Origin: a virus
Taxonomy: Duplodnaviria > Caudoviricetes
Reading direction: 5' to 3' (one strand)
DNA: 64,000 bases
Virus record (IMG/VR): IMGVR_UViG_3300045999_011354
Coordinates: 1,340-65,339 of that record
Part shown: positions 37,828 through 49,283 of the stretch, piece after piece
Position numbering within the stretch: the stretch's first letter is position 1
How the letters are laid out: every line of letters begins with the position of its first letter
Notes under the pieces: generated by a model
Seen by the model: the letters and a program-made list of their open reading frames with translations, nothing else
Told to the model about the DNA's origin: nothing
Database searches by the model: none
Made by a program: the position numbers and the translations under genes

Positions 37828-38727
37828 TCAGAATTGCAAGTCGCTTGCTGCGTCTTCTTCAAAAATTGTTGTGACAGCTTGCGTGCTGGGTCTGTTGTTG
37901 ATTTGCCATGCAGGAGTTTTTTGTTTTCCAAAGCGCTCCCAGTTTTCGTAAGTAATCGAACTCCATTTTTTCTCGCCCATTTGTGATTTCTCGATAGCAG
38001 TTTGCAATTGTTTTTTTACATGCTGCATACCACCGCTTTTATCTTGCAAGATTTTTCTTAGCTGCAAAATTAAGCCTGCGAAAGCTCGTTGCGTCTTTGC
38101 CCCTGCCTTGTGCTCGTTGAAGAAGCTGCAGATCAGCTCTGAGAGGGGTCTGAGATCGTCAGGAACGCTGCTCTGAGTCGCCTTGACTCTCTTCGTACCC
38201 GAAGCGGGTGAAGGCGTGTGTGTGGCGGGTGTGGGCGGAGCAGGGATCTGTCGGGGGGATACAGGGGGGTTTTCTTCTAATTGGTCTTCTGGATTTATTG
38301 GTCTTCTTAATACGACTGGTTTCCCGTAGGACGGGTTTCCAGTCGCCTGGTTTTCCGTAAGACGGGTTTCCAGTCGCACGGTGGGTCGATCCCGGAAGGC
38401 CAGCTCTCGGCTGATGACCTTCCCTGTTTTTTCACATCGCACAACTTTATCTTCCAAATATCCAAATTCACGCAACTCTGCAAGAGCTGCTGTGACTGCA
38501 TCTCTTCCTTCTGTGCCATGACTCATGATCCAAGCCTTATTAAACTTGAAGCCACTGTTATGACTTAGGCATCCCGCAAGAATTCCTTTTGCACGCCAAC
38601 TTAATCTTGAATCTCTAATCGCTTCATTAAGTATCATTGTAAATTTTGCCGACTCCGCTTTGCTTTCAAAAACGTTGTCGTTGTCAGATAGCATTTTCAA
38701 CCTCCTCAATAATTTGCAGTGCAGCAA
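37828..38727 (-). CDS. Replication initiator (HTH, lambda-O-like arrangement)
   Basis: FTMILNEAIRDSRLSWRAKGIL...GRDAV...LAELREFGYL; upstream of dnaB; carries internal DNA repeats. Confidence 0.75.
   Translation of the reverse strand: MLHCKLLRRLKMLSDNDNVFESKAESAKFTMILNEAIRDSRLSWRAKGILAGCLSHNSGFKFNKAWIMSHGTEGRDAVTAALAELREFGYLEDKVVRCEKTGKVISRELAFRDRPTVRLETRLTENQATGNPSYGKPVVLRRPINPEDQLEENPPVSPRQIPAPPTPATHTPSPASGTKRVKATQSSVPDDLRPLSELICSFFNEHKAGAKTQRAFAGLILQLRKILQDKSGGMQHVKKQLQTAIEKSQMGEKKWSSITYENWERFGKQKTPAWQINNRPSTQAVTTIFEEDAASDLQF
38316..38377. repeat. 31-bp tandem repeat inside the initiator gene (iteron-like origin)
   Basis: ctggtttcccgtaggacgggtttccagtcgc / ctggttttccgtaagacgggtttccagtcgc. 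Confidence 0.7.
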
Positions 38728-40382
38728 GTGCAGCTTGAATTTGCTGTTTTTCTAGTATGTCGTATTTGTTTCTATCATTTTTGTCTGCTGCGCGCAATTT
38801 GCTGATTGCAAGCTGTGAAATCAAAGCCTGAAGCTCCATTGTTTTTTGCGCCTGTCGTAAATTCATTACGGGCGCAAGTTCAGATAGCTGAATTGAAATC
38901 CCAATCGGGTCCAAACTTTTCTCGCACAATTTCTCCGATTGCGATTGTGAGATCGTCGTCAGTTTTTCTGAGAAACTTTTTGAACTCGTCATGAAGCTCA
39001 AACTCCTGTTTGTCTAGCAAATCAAGTTGTCTGTGAAATTCACTCATCGCCGGTGAATCTTCTAGGTAATCAGTTGCTTTAATGTAAAGCGCTGATCTTT
39101 TTTGCGTTAGTTCTTGGACACGCTTTTTGTGTTCATCCCGTCGCGTGACAATGCTGTTTCTGAGATGCACTGCACGCGCTAGGGACTTTACAAGTGCCTC
39201 TGTCATGTGCATTTTGTACTTAAGGTGTACTTGTGCCAGTAGTACAAAGCGTCATGCCTTCACCAGTTTCTTGCTTTTTTGCTTCGCCTCTGTACTTTCT
39301 TTTTCTGCGTGCAGCGCTAAATGCTTCTCTAAAGCGTTCATGTGCGGACATTTGCTTCCAACTGCATGACGCTTAAAAAAATCACGCAATTCTGAAAGAA
39401 CTCCAAATTCATATTCCGCTTGTTCTGGCCCCCATTGCCCAAATGTGCGATCGAGAACAAATAATTCATACCATTCGTTATCGTCAAGATAGCGACGCTT
39501 GGCTGCCCACATCAAATCTTTATGACGTAGTTTGTTTTGCCGACGCTGTTCTTTTTCTTGACGCGCGCGTTCCTGAGCTTCCCTGCGAGAAAGAAAAGTT
39601 GCCATTTTTCTGATCAGATGAGTTTGAGTTGTTTGCGATTTGCTTCTTTTGTTATCAATTGAATTGATGTAGAAGCGAGATGAATTTGAGGAAACACCCA
39701 GTAGTCATACCTTTGTCCGCCCCAAGTTTTACATTTGAAATGCGGAAGAAAAGAATCACAAATTACTTCTTCAACAATTTCAAACTCCTCCTCCCCATGG
39801 AAGCGAGCATATACAACGTCTCCGGGCTTGAAGCGAAGTCTGTTGCGTCTGAACATGGCTGGGTTTTGCATGGAACTCCTTAAGAGTAAGGTATTGAGCT
39901 TCACCTGTCAATACAAGTCAGCGGATCAACGTCATTTGCGATTTACTCAGCTTCGTTTTCGCTTGCAATGATTCTTTCCTTCTGCGTCAGTGTTCTAAAA
40001 AAGCGAATGTTTAATTGCCATAGCGCATTGCTGATTTTGTCCATGCTCGGAAAAAGCTCTTTTCTGTATTCAGCAGTGATGGCTAAAAAGTTATCGTCAA
40101 GCAAATAAATTAAGCGCTCAGCGAGTTGTGCTGATTTTGCAAGAGATTGTTTCAGCTCGCGCATGGCTTGATGCACGAGCATTTTTTCTTCGTCGCTGGC
40201 GGGGAATTTCAAAGTGGCTGCAGTGCTTTTTGTTTGTAGACCCTGATTTCTAGCGCACTCGGATAAAGCTTCTCCACCGCCCTGATCGCTTCTGAGATGG
40301 TTCGTTGCATGAGACGGCCAGAAATGATTTGCTCATCGCCCGTCTCGTTGAGCAGAATCACGCAGAAGAAGAAGGAAGACAC
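38684..40382 (-). CDS. Cluster of six hypothetical ORFs (38684-39001, 38880-39212, 39252-39605, 39614-39904, 39943-40212, 40209-40382)
   Basis: Co-oriented, closely packed ORFs heading the replication operon. Confidence 0.55.
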
Positions 40383-40425
40383 GACATGAAGCCCCTAAAG
40401 CTTGCGACGATCCTAACGTACAATC

Positions 40426-41440
40426 TTGCGTGAAAGCAAGAAATTTGTGTCTAAGGCTACGAAGTCAGCATTCAAGCATGGGATTTTGCTTCGCCCTCAG
40501 GGGCATTCATTTCAGCGAGAGAAAATAAAAAACTGTGTTTCGATTCAATGGAGGCAAAAAGCTTTGTATGTTATGCGTCGTAGATTTTACTTTCAAGTCT
40601 TGAAGGCGCACGTGAAACTTAAATATCGTTGGTGGAATTATTACTATATAACTCGTGTTGGGGCGCCAACAGAAAAAGAGTTTCTATGTCAAGAGACTTT
40701 TTATGTCGCACGCATGTCCAAAAAAGAAGACGCTGAAAAGTTTCGCAGCTATTGGTATTGGTGCAGAAGAAGATCATTTGAGATACTTGAGTGGTTGTGG
40801 AATTTGCAAGCAGAAGATTACTGCTGGAAGTTGCATCAATATCTGAAAGGCTTTATTGTGACCAAGCGCCCAATCATGAGTGAAGTCGAAAGGTATGACA
40901 CAAAAAGTAGCGAAGAGATTTTGTGCGAAATACTCAGAACGCGGCGAGCTTTTAATAACGGCGAGTCAGGTGAAAAAGAGATTGCATCTATGCAGAGAAG
41001 CATTATCGAACAATAAAAGCTATACAACAAGATTCAAAGATATTTACGAGTCGCTTGAAGAAATTGAAAACAATGCGATGAAAAAATTTGAGATTGCAGG
41101 GTTATTTACTGACAGATACTTTCAACTTCAGATGCGTGGGTGGGGCGGAGTTTATGCAAGTTATGATCAGAGCGCTTTGCCTGAGGGCGCATTTCTTCCT
41201 TTTGTGCGCACGAGATTCAATTCGCAGACCCCGATAGACGAGGGCTGCATCTGGATTGGGAGCTTTGGTGAATTTCCAAGAATTTATGTTGCAAACAATG
41301 TTGCCAAATGGGTGTCGCCTTATTCAAAGTCTGGATACGTCATAACAGAAGTTTTCCTGCCTTACGCAGAGGCCAAGAAAATTCTTCCAAGGCTTTCAAA
41401 CAAAAGAATTTACCCGGATCTTGATGTGACCGTGCTTTAA
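40426..41440 (+). CDS. Two hypothetical ORFs (40426-41016 and 40880-41440; true starts uncertain)
   Basis: From the ORF track; first genes of the plus-strand block. Confidence 0.5.
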
Positions 41441-41446
41441 TGGGGT

Positions 41447-41480
41447 GAGCCAGCGAGTTCCCGCTCCTGGCTCGTGACCA
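41447..41480 (+). promoter_or_regulatory. Bulged-C leader hairpin plus TGACCA, copy 3
   Basis: GAGCCAG-C-GAG-TTCCCG-CTC-CTGGCTC-GTGACCA, 21 nt before the HNH ATG. Confidence 0.6.
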
Positions 41481-41501
41481 TCCCAACTTGCATTTGGAAC
41501 G

Positions 41502-42362
41502 ATGCCCAAAAGAATACCACTTTCCATTGGTCAAAAATTTGGCGAATGGATTGTGATTGGTGACGAGTTTAAGAAAAGTTCATTAAACAGCGTATTTCAT
41601 GTTCCCGTCAAATGTTCATGCGGAAATGAATCACTCATCTCAAAGGCTGCGTTAAAAAACAAAACGTCAACATGTTGCAAAGAATGCAGTTCCAAAAAAC
41701 GCAGGCGTATTAATATTTTTCCTGGTAAAAAATTTGGTAGTTGGACTGTTGTTTGCGAGTTAGAAGCAGATACCCGCTCCGGCAAGCCGGTCAGGCGGGT
41801 GCTCGCTCGTTGTTCTTGTGGTATAGAAAAAAATCTTGAACTGGTTGGATTGGTTCATGGCAAGTCTGTTTGCTGTTTGGATTGCTCAAATAAATTAAAA
41901 ACAGATCATGGAATGTCAAAATCGAGGGAGTATCAGGCGTGGAGGCATATGCTTAACAGATGTTTTGATCCGACAAATGCACGTTATGCGTATTATGGAG
42001 CCAGAGGTGTAACTGTTTGTGATAGATGGAATCCAGATAGAGGGGGGTCATTTCAAAATTTTTACCTTGACCTTGGCCCTCGTCCTTCTGCCGATCATCA
42101 ACTTGACAAAGAAATTTTTCATAAAGACAACATGATTTACGGTCCTGGTCTTTGTGGCTGGGCAACTAGGAGAGAAAATATAATGAGAAGAAGAAATACA
42201 ATTTATATTAAATTTTACGATAAAAGTACAACTCTTGCTGATCTCGCCAAAGAATACAAGCTGGACTACCATTTTCTTTATTACAAGATCGTTCTTTGCG
42301 GAAATAGCGCAGAGGAAGTTATTTCTAGTTTATCGACAAATCATCGCAAACGTACAAGTTAG
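41502..42362 (+). CDS. HNH-type homing endonuclease
   Basis: Duplicated GQKFG.W.V...CSCG domains; HGMSKSREYQAWRHMLNRC...YGARGVTVCDRW. Confidence 0.85.
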   Translation: MPKRIPLSIGQKFGEWIVIGDEFKKSSLNSVFHVPVKCSCGNESLISKAALKNKTSTCCKECSSKKRRRINIFPGKKFGSWTVVCELEADTRSGKPVRRVLARCSCGIEKNLELVGLVHGKSVCCLDCSNKLKTDHGMSKSREYQAWRHMLNRCFDPTNARYAYYGARGVTVCDRWNPDRGGSFQNFYLDLGPRPSADHQLDKEIFHKDNMIYGPGLCGWATRRENIMRRRNTIYIKFYDKSTTLADLAKEYKLDYHFLYYKIVLCGNSAEEVISSLSTNHRKRTS

Positions 42363-42366
42363 ATGC

Positions 42367-42395
42367 TTGACACCTTTTCTGTAAAATGCTATACT
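42367..42395 (+). promoter_or_regulatory. Early sigma70 promoter cassette 1
   Basis: ATGC-TTGACA-17-TATACT; no clear downstream hairpin. Confidence 0.8.
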
Positions 42396-43194
42396 ACCCT
42401 TGTCCTGTAAAACAAACAGAAATGCAAATCCTCACGAGACAACAAGCCGTTAAGCGCAACTTGCGCAATTTAACACTGTGCGAGTGGATGTGTTATGAAG
42501 CAGAGAATGTTGTTAAACATAATAGCACGGACGTTTCTGTGTGGGATAGAAAACTGGTAAATCGTTCACGACCTGGTGATGTTCGTCTTTGGTGGATTCA
42601 CGAGTTTGGGTCTCAATTTCTACCAATGTATTGCAAACTTTATGAAAAAGAAAGAATGGAGGAAGGGGAATATGAGCTTACCGCAGTAGAGGTCAATTTA
42701 ATGCGAATGTTCAAGCACGATAGACTTGGCGAGATTCAACGCAAAATTATCCTTGGAAGTTCTAAGTTTTTCTTTATCATAAAGGGTGATGGAGATTTTG
42801 ATTACTGTGTAATACCGATCACCTTTGAGGAGGTCGTCGATTTGGTTTTCAATGGAAAAGCTAATCAATTTCTGAACTAATTATGAAACTGCAGTCTGAA
42901 TTGTATTTGCACGAGCTTAATGCTTTGATGCAGGGTTTATTTATGCAAATGGAGGATTGCGTCAAAGCACTAAAAAAAGAAAAAAGAAGGGCGCAGATTT
43001 CTGCATTTTTTGCGCCGTGGGTTAGTCGAGAGATTTACTCAGCACTTGCCTTCAAGGCTGATGTAATCATGAAACACGTCGAGCTTCTTTCTGAGCTGCG
43101 AGAGAAAATTCTTGAAGCAGAGGGATTTGACGACGACATGCGTGCTGTCACATACAAAGAGATTTGTGATAAAGCTCAAGAAATAAATACTTGA
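42386..43194 (+). CDS. Two early hypothetical ORFs (42386/42422-42880, 42883-43194)
   Basis: Follow promoter 1; the second ends within promoter 2. Confidence 0.6.
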
Positions 43195-43249
43195 CAAGTA
43201 ACGAGTAACGCGCTACAATACAAAGACCGCTCAACACAGAGTGGTCTTT
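43181..43249 (+). promoter_or_regulatory. Early promoter-hairpin cassette 2
   Basis: AAATAAATAC-TTGACA(43191)-17-TACAAT; hairpin 43222-43249. Confidence 0.85.
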
Positions 43250-43996
43250 TTCTTTTTCAGTGGATTCATGAAACTCAGACACATGCAAGACATTCAGCAT
43301 TTATTGCTGTTTGTTGAGAATCACGATGGGCGCACGTTTAATCAGCTTTTGAAAGATTTGTGCGTGATTTATGCAGAATCTCAAGAGGGCGATTTTGATT
43401 ACATGCCCAGCGCTGTTTCTCGCGCAACTACTTTCATTCATCTCTGGTACCCGTTGTTTTGGGCCAAATACTCAGAAGACAAGCATTTCGTTTTTGAGAA
43501 AAAGAATGAGATTATTTCATTTGTTGCCGTCGAGCTTGCTCAGTCTGCGCTCAATGAATTCAAGCTGGGTAATGTTTACTGAGAATCAATCATGGAAATG
43601 AACCCAACTCTAATTGCGCTCGCTGAAGTTGTTTTATACACCAATTCCGACGAATATGGTGATCCACTTGACGAGAATTATTTAATCGCAAACTTTGAAG
43701 AAGAATCGCTCAAAAAGCTCTACACCGAGTATCAGCAGTTTATTTCAATCGTTGAAGAAAAGATCACTGCAGCAATTGGAGACAAGTGGAATTGCATTGA
43801 TGATTTTTATGATGTTCAACAGCCCGCATTAAATCAAACTGAATATGACTATGTGCTAACTCGTAACAGACATGGCGCGGGATTTTGGGATGGTGATTGG
43901 AGTTCTGAGGTTTCACAAATTCTTACTGACGCCGCACAGTCTCAGCCTGAATTTACTGCTCTCATTGATGATGATGGGAAGATTTATTTAGCATGA
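43241..43996 (+). CDS. Two early hypothetical ORFs (43241/43268-43582, 43592-43996)
   Basis: The second carries the phage motif LTRNRHGAGFWDGDW. Confidence 0.65.
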
Positions 43997-44286
43997 AACA
44001 AGATGAAGTTTCTTTTTTGGGCATACCTTGCCCGCAGTGTGGCAGTACGAAAAGAAGGGTTGTTGAGTCGCGACCGCAAATTAATTTTGTTGCTCGCAGA
44101 TGCGTGTGTCAAACTTGCTCGCATCGTTTTACAACGCATGAAAAACTAAAAGACCAAGATGTTCTGAGCCCTGACTTTTTATTTGCTGTGCTAAGAAGAA
44201 TTTCTGCAGTTGAAAATGCAATTTCTACTTTGCGCCGATCCATTGAGACAGGGCTTCAGAATTACAAATTTGATGACGACAAATAA
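43993..44286 (+). CDS. NrdR-like zinc-ribbon protein
   Basis: CPQC...VVESR...RRCVCQTCSHRFTTHE. Confidence 0.7.
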   Translation: MKQDEVSFLGIPCPQCGSTKRRVVESRPQINFVARRCVCQTCSHRFTTHEKLKDQDVLSPDFLFAVLRRISAVENAISTLRRSIETGLQNYKFDDDK

Positions 44287-44345
44287 ATGCTTGACAATGC
44301 GTCGAGCATGTAGTACGATGTAATCGTACAGCGCAAGAGCTGTAC
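44275..44345 (+). promoter_or_regulatory. Early promoter-hairpin cassette 3
   Basis: GACGACAAATAAATGC-TTGACA(44291)-17-TACGAT; hairpin GTACAGC/GCTGTAC 44326-44345. Confidence 0.85.
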
Positions 44346-44365
44346 TCTCTTTATCTTTCAGAAAC

Positions 44366-45596
44366 ATGACTCCAGATGATCATTTTATTTTTGCAGAAAC
44401 CATGCGTCATTACGGTGGGTCTTTTTGCAAAAAGCTTGCAGATGCTTACTGCGCCGCTGATCTTACAAACAAAGCAAAGATTTTGAATGCTTGGCCGGAA
44501 CTTTACGAACAGTACGGCCCCGGTTCTCGATTTGCACAAGCTCGCATTGCTGAACTTCAAAATGTCTGATTTTATTTACGATCCTCGCCCGCTTGATCCA
44601 CCAGATTACTACGATAAAGAAATGTCAAACACTGCTACTTGGATTGTTCAGCGCACTAAAGTTCGTTACAGCCAAGAAGAAAAAATCTTCAAGAAAAATG
44701 TTTCTCAAGAGCGAGGCGAAGGTGGCATGAAAGATGTTTTGCAGGTGATCGCACAAATTCATGGGGGCGATTCCCCTGATGAATGTGAAATCTTTATTGA
44801 TGCGACGCAGATTGTTTCAAAATCTGACGCTGCTCAACCTGTTTATTATCAGGTCAATTTTAGTCATGCGCACGATGTTCATTGGGTTCTGAAAGAAAAG
44901 ACCGGCGCAACAGAAGAAGATACTGATCCAGAAGAATTGTTTGCACTCGCCGAATACATGATTAACGAGGGCAGGGAGTTTTCTGTTGAGTTCGGAACTG
45001 TTGATCCAACACCGCAGTATCTTTATGACAATTCTGGTGGGGAAGCCCCTGTCACAATGCGAGAGATTTGGGATTCAGCTTTCAAACAAAAGCAAGAGTT
45101 GACAAAATGAACGCAATTACTTTTGAGCAACTGCTGGACAATTACTGCTCATGGAAAAATAGTGAGCGTGATGCGTCAAAGCTCGATCCTCTAGAATTGC
45201 TGTATTCATATTTATTTGAATCGGAATTCTTGATGGCAGCAATTCATTTGTTTCGCCTATGCCTGCAAGAGGAGGATTACGGAAAAGCGACCCCATTCGC
45301 TGACATGCAATCAAATTTCTTAAAATTTCTAACAGTTGAAGATCTTCTTGTTACTTGTGAGATTGTTTCTCAACACAAAACTAAAGAATGCGAAATGCTC
45401 ATTGAACAATTAAGAAATGAGTCTAAGTAAAAAAGAAAAACTTGCGTTACTCAGCGCAATTTCTTTCATGCACAATTTTGGGGAGAACTTTGTTCCTCTT
45501 GTAAAAGACGGCGACAAAGAAGAAAATCAACGTGCTTGGAAAGAAGCTAAAGTGATCTACAAAGATTTGCACGCTCGCATCAAGAAAACATTATGA
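44366..45596 (+). CDS. Four early hypothetical ORFs (44366-44569, 44562-45110, 45107-45430, 45417-45596)
   Basis: Coupled ORFs; the first has YGGSF..KLADA...AD..N. Confidence 0.6.
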
Positions 45597-46216
45597 AAGT
45601 TCTTGTCGCCTGTGAATTTTCAGGAAGAGTGCGTGAAGCATTTGCAAAGCGAGGGCATTATGCCGTTTCTTGCGATCTTCTCGAAACAGAACTTCCTACA
45701 ACAGAAAATAGCAAACACTATCAAGGAGATGTACTAGAAATTCTTTCAGAGAACTGGGATCTTATTGTTGCTCACCCGCCATGTACTTATTTGGCGCAAT
45801 CAGGCGTTCAGTGGCTGAAGAAAGTTCCTGGGCGATGGGATCAAATGCTTAACGCGATTGATTTCTTTAATTTGTTTCTCGCGCACCCATGCCCAAGGAT
45901 TTGCATTGAAAACCCAATCATGCACTCACATGCAAAACAGCGATTGATTAATCCAAATTACTCACAAAAGATTCAACCGTATTTCTTTGGACACCCAGAG
46001 CGCAAGCAAACTTGTTTTTGGTTGAAGAATCTTCCCAAGCTTAAGGTGACAAATAATGTTGAAGAGCAGATTTTATTTCTGCATCCCTCGGAAACTGATC
46101 GGGTTCATTATGAACCGCCCGGCCCGGAAAGACAAAAAAATCGCAGCAGAACTTATTTGGGGGTGGCTGAGGCGATGGGTGAACAGTGGGGTGCTTTACT
46201 GCCGCTGAGCCTTTGA
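45593..46216 (+). CDS. Putative DNA cytosine methyltransferase (short phage type)
   Basis: VLVACEFSG, SCDL, WDLIVAHPPCTYL (catalytic PC), CIENP. Confidence 0.75.
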   Translation: MKVLVACEFSGRVREAFAKRGHYAVSCDLLETELPTTENSKHYQGDVLEILSENWDLIVAHPPCTYLAQSGVQWLKKVPGRWDQMLNAIDFFNLFLAHPCPRICIENPIMHSHAKQRLINPNYSQKIQPYFFGHPERKQTCFWLKNLPKLKVTNNVEEQILFLHPSETDRVHYEPPGPERQKNRSRTYLGVAEAMGEQWGALLPLSL

Positions 46217-46332
46217 TTCCTGCGCCCGTAGCGGGATCATTTCCCCTCGGACGATTCATCCCACCCGAGGGGATTTCTGAGGCTCACAAAGGATTCTGAG
46301 CGGGCTGAGAGACTATTCATTTTCTGCATAGT

Positions 46333-47267
46333 TTGATGAGTTCAAAGAGTTTTTCATTGCGCACAGCAGACATTCTTGCGTCGCAGTATTTAACACAAAA
46401 GAAACATGCGAGAACAAGATATGTTTTGACGCAAGGAAATTTTGTTGCCTGCAGTCATTGTTGTCATATTTTTAGAGAAAGATTTGCATTACTTGCGCCC
46501 TGGATTATTAAAACAGACTGCGTGAATCAAAATGATAGATTTTTGAAGTGCGATGTTTGTGAAAGTAAAATTTTCACTAAAAACGTAGCTAGATAAATGC
46601 TTGACACGTAACGTCATACGTGCTATAATCTAGTCATACAGCAAAAGCAAAGTCTCTTGCTGTTGTCAATTTATTTATTTCAGAACATGTCAAAGTTTCG
46701 TGACTGGCAGAACTCTCGCAAAGAGGTTTCTATTGAAGAATTCAAAAAGATTGATTTTGATGCTGTAGAGCTTTTTCAGCTTGAGCAGTCTCCGCCCGAA
46801 AAGATTTTTGTTTATCGTGGCGGGCATTGGATTATGCAAAACAATGACGGCGCAGGAAGTTATTTCTGGTTGTTTATTGAGCGTGATGAGTATTGTGATC
46901 TCGATTTAGAAGTTTCAGAGATGCGCTTGTATCTTTGGGCGATTGATGAAAACTGCGAACTCTGATTTTTATTGCAATGCTTAACAACGACAAACTTGCT
47001 TTCTTTCGTAGAGAGCTTACTTGCAAGCAAATCATTCTTGACTACGCCTTGCAAATTAACAAACGGCGCATCGAAAACATTGACAATTCAGTGATTGATT
47101 TGCCGTTGGAGGAGGATGCTATGGATCTGCACATGTATTTGTTTGGGAATGTCCCCGCAAATACATTTCGTGAATATGTTAATTATGTTCACGAAAAAAC
47201 TCAGCGACCAAATTGGCTGGCCGGGCTGCCCGGCGTTACTTATCAAGATGTTCAGATAAATGCTTGA
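46333..47267 (+). CDS. Three early hypothetical ORFs (46333-46596, 46687-46965, 46977-47267)
   Basis: The first and last ORFs end inside promoter cassettes 4 and 5. Confidence 0.55.
46591..46663 (+). promoter_or_regulatory. Early promoter-hairpin cassette 4
   Basis: AGATAAATGC-TTGACA(46601)-17-TATAAT; hairpin ACAGCAA/TTGCTGT. Confidence 0.85.
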
Positions 47268-47344
47268 CAAATAAGCCATTATCTGCTACAATAGCAACAT
47301 GCGAGACGAAAAAAGAGATTAAAGATCTCAATTTTTTCTCGCAT
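47254..47344 (+). promoter_or_regulatory. Early promoter-hairpin cassette 5
   Basis: AGATAAATGC-TTGACA(47264)-17-TACAAT; hairpin ATGCGAGA...TCTCGCAT 47299-47344. Confidence 0.88.
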
Positions 47345-47370
47345 TTCTGTTTCATTTCTTTTTCAAAAAC

Positions 47371-48049
47371 ATGACAAAAAAAGAAGCGATTGCAATTTTC
47401 AAGGATGAATGGAATTACTTTATTAAATTCCAGTCTCCAAACTATGCTGACGACATTTGCGCAAAGCGTCAAGCATTTGTGCAATTCATAGATCAGTTGC
47501 ATCGTGATGGCGAGATTACTGATCGTCAGGCAAATTCCTGGGATAATCCATTTTGATTTTTTAATTCAACACATACTTACATTTCAGAATCATGCACGAT
47601 CTTTTCAAAAGCAACCCAGTTGAATATGCCTGCGAATTAATTGACGAAGGGCGTACAAATTACAATGAACTATTGATGGCTTGTCTTAAATGGATGAGTC
47701 ATGATCAAATTCGCGACATGTTACATGATAATGAATTAGATCCTGATTCTTGTGATGCGTTCGATGAGGGTTATTGTACAGAAGAGATAAGCAATGAAGA
47801 AAAGTATGCGTGTGAGATGTACAACGATCGCTATGCTTATTACGATTGATTATGAATGCACAACAAATTCGCGATTTAGTTGATTCAGGCAAGATTGTTT
47901 ATTGCGACTCTGAATCATATATTGTAATCAAAGATTCTATAGGACAGTATTTAATTAAATGTTTGGACAATCATTATTACATTGGACTAACGCATCGAGA
48001 TAATGTAACACTGAACGGAACTCATTTCTTTGTAAAAGACGACAAATAA
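47371..48049 (+). CDS. Three early hypothetical ORFs (47371-47556, 47592-47849, 47846-48049)
   Basis: Packed small ORFs; the last ends in KDDK. Confidence 0.65.
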
Positions 48050-48123
48050 ATGCTTGACACGTAGCATGTAACGTGCTATAATACACACATGCGACGAGAG
48101 AAGTAATCATTCTTTCGTCGCAT
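48038..48123 (+). promoter_or_regulatory. Early promoter-hairpin cassette 6
   Basis: GACGACAAATAAATGC-TTGACA(48054)-17-TATAAT; hairpin ATGCGACGA...TCGTCGCAT 48089-48123. Confidence 0.9.
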
Positions 48124-48150
48124 TTGTTTCTTTCATTCTCAGGAAATCTC

Positions 48151-49184
48151 ATGTCCAGCAAAAATTTAGATCCGATTCTTGTTATTTCTGACACGAACGG
48201 TATTTACATCCCTCAGATGTATTGCAATCACATTGATGAAAAGATTGCTGAAGAAATGCACATCTCTTTTGAGGATGTGAAAATTTGTCAATCCGGCCCA
48301 GATCATGAATGGTACTGGGAGTCTTGGGACATTATTTGTCAGAACGCTGAATGGATTTCTGACGGCGTTAAGTGGTATTTGCATCAAGACGGCGACTTGT
48401 GGGAAGTGCCCGAAGGCTTTTCATTTGATGAGGATTGATTCATGAACATCAAACAGATTTACGAATTTAAACTTTTTGATCGTCGCAGCGAACAACTTGT
48501 CATTGTTCATTTTCGTCGCATTGATGATTATTTTCTCATTGAGAAAAGAACGCAAGACGGGAAAGTTATCGACTCGGAAAAAATTGAAGAGCAATTTGCA
48601 AAAATTGTTCTTGAGCAAGCGTTGATTTCTTTGCCCAAGTCTGACTTGGAAATCACAAAATTCTCTGAGGTTAAATCATGACAGCACAGCCTAGCTATTT
48701 TTGCATTGCAAATCTTGGTGACAGTGATCCTTTTTTGTACGGGGGCGCATTTGTTTGCATTGATCGCCGAGGGATTTATGATCCCATACTTTTGATTTAT
48801 GATGAAGATTTTCGTGGACGTGGTGAAGTTGCATTAGAACGCTGTCACAAGATTCTGTCGGACTCGGGCGATTTCCTGGGTGTCGGGACAAATAGATTTC
48901 ACCCTAAATACAAAGAATGGTTTAGCGATGATCTGGAGACTGTCACTAATTTTACTGGATGGGAGTTTGATGAATTTGTAAATTTACTGACATCGCAAGA
49001 TGCTGTTAAATGCGCAAGTGCCTATTTGACGCTTATTAGTTACTACGGTGTTCGTGAATTTGATCACGATCCATTTATTTACGAAACAGAAGAAGATGCT
49101 GCAAAGTTTTGCGAAAAAATGCTTGCACAGATAGAGGAATCAAAACTCTGGCATGACGGTTATTTTGCAAAAGACGATAAATAA
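48151..49184 (+). CDS. Three early hypothetical ORFs (48151-48438, 48442-48681, 48678-49184)
   Basis: Acidic small proteins; the last ends in KDDK. Confidence 0.65.
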
Positions 49185-49258
49185 ATGCTTGACACGTAGT
49201 GCGTTACATGCTATAATGTAGTCATACGGGCGAGAGAGTAATTCTTTTTCGCCTGTAT
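49173..49258 (+). promoter_or_regulatory. Early promoter-hairpin cassette 7
   Basis: GACGATAAATAAATGC-TTGACA(49189)-17-TATAAT; hairpin ATACGGGCGA...TCGCCTGTAT 49224-49258. Confidence 0.9.
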
Positions 49259-49283
49259 TTGTTTTTCTCATCAAAAAAATCTC

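Noticed and set aside
40880-41016. Programmed frameshift joining the two overlapping ORFs
   Set aside because: No clear slippery heptamer; a later start for the second ORF explains the overlap.
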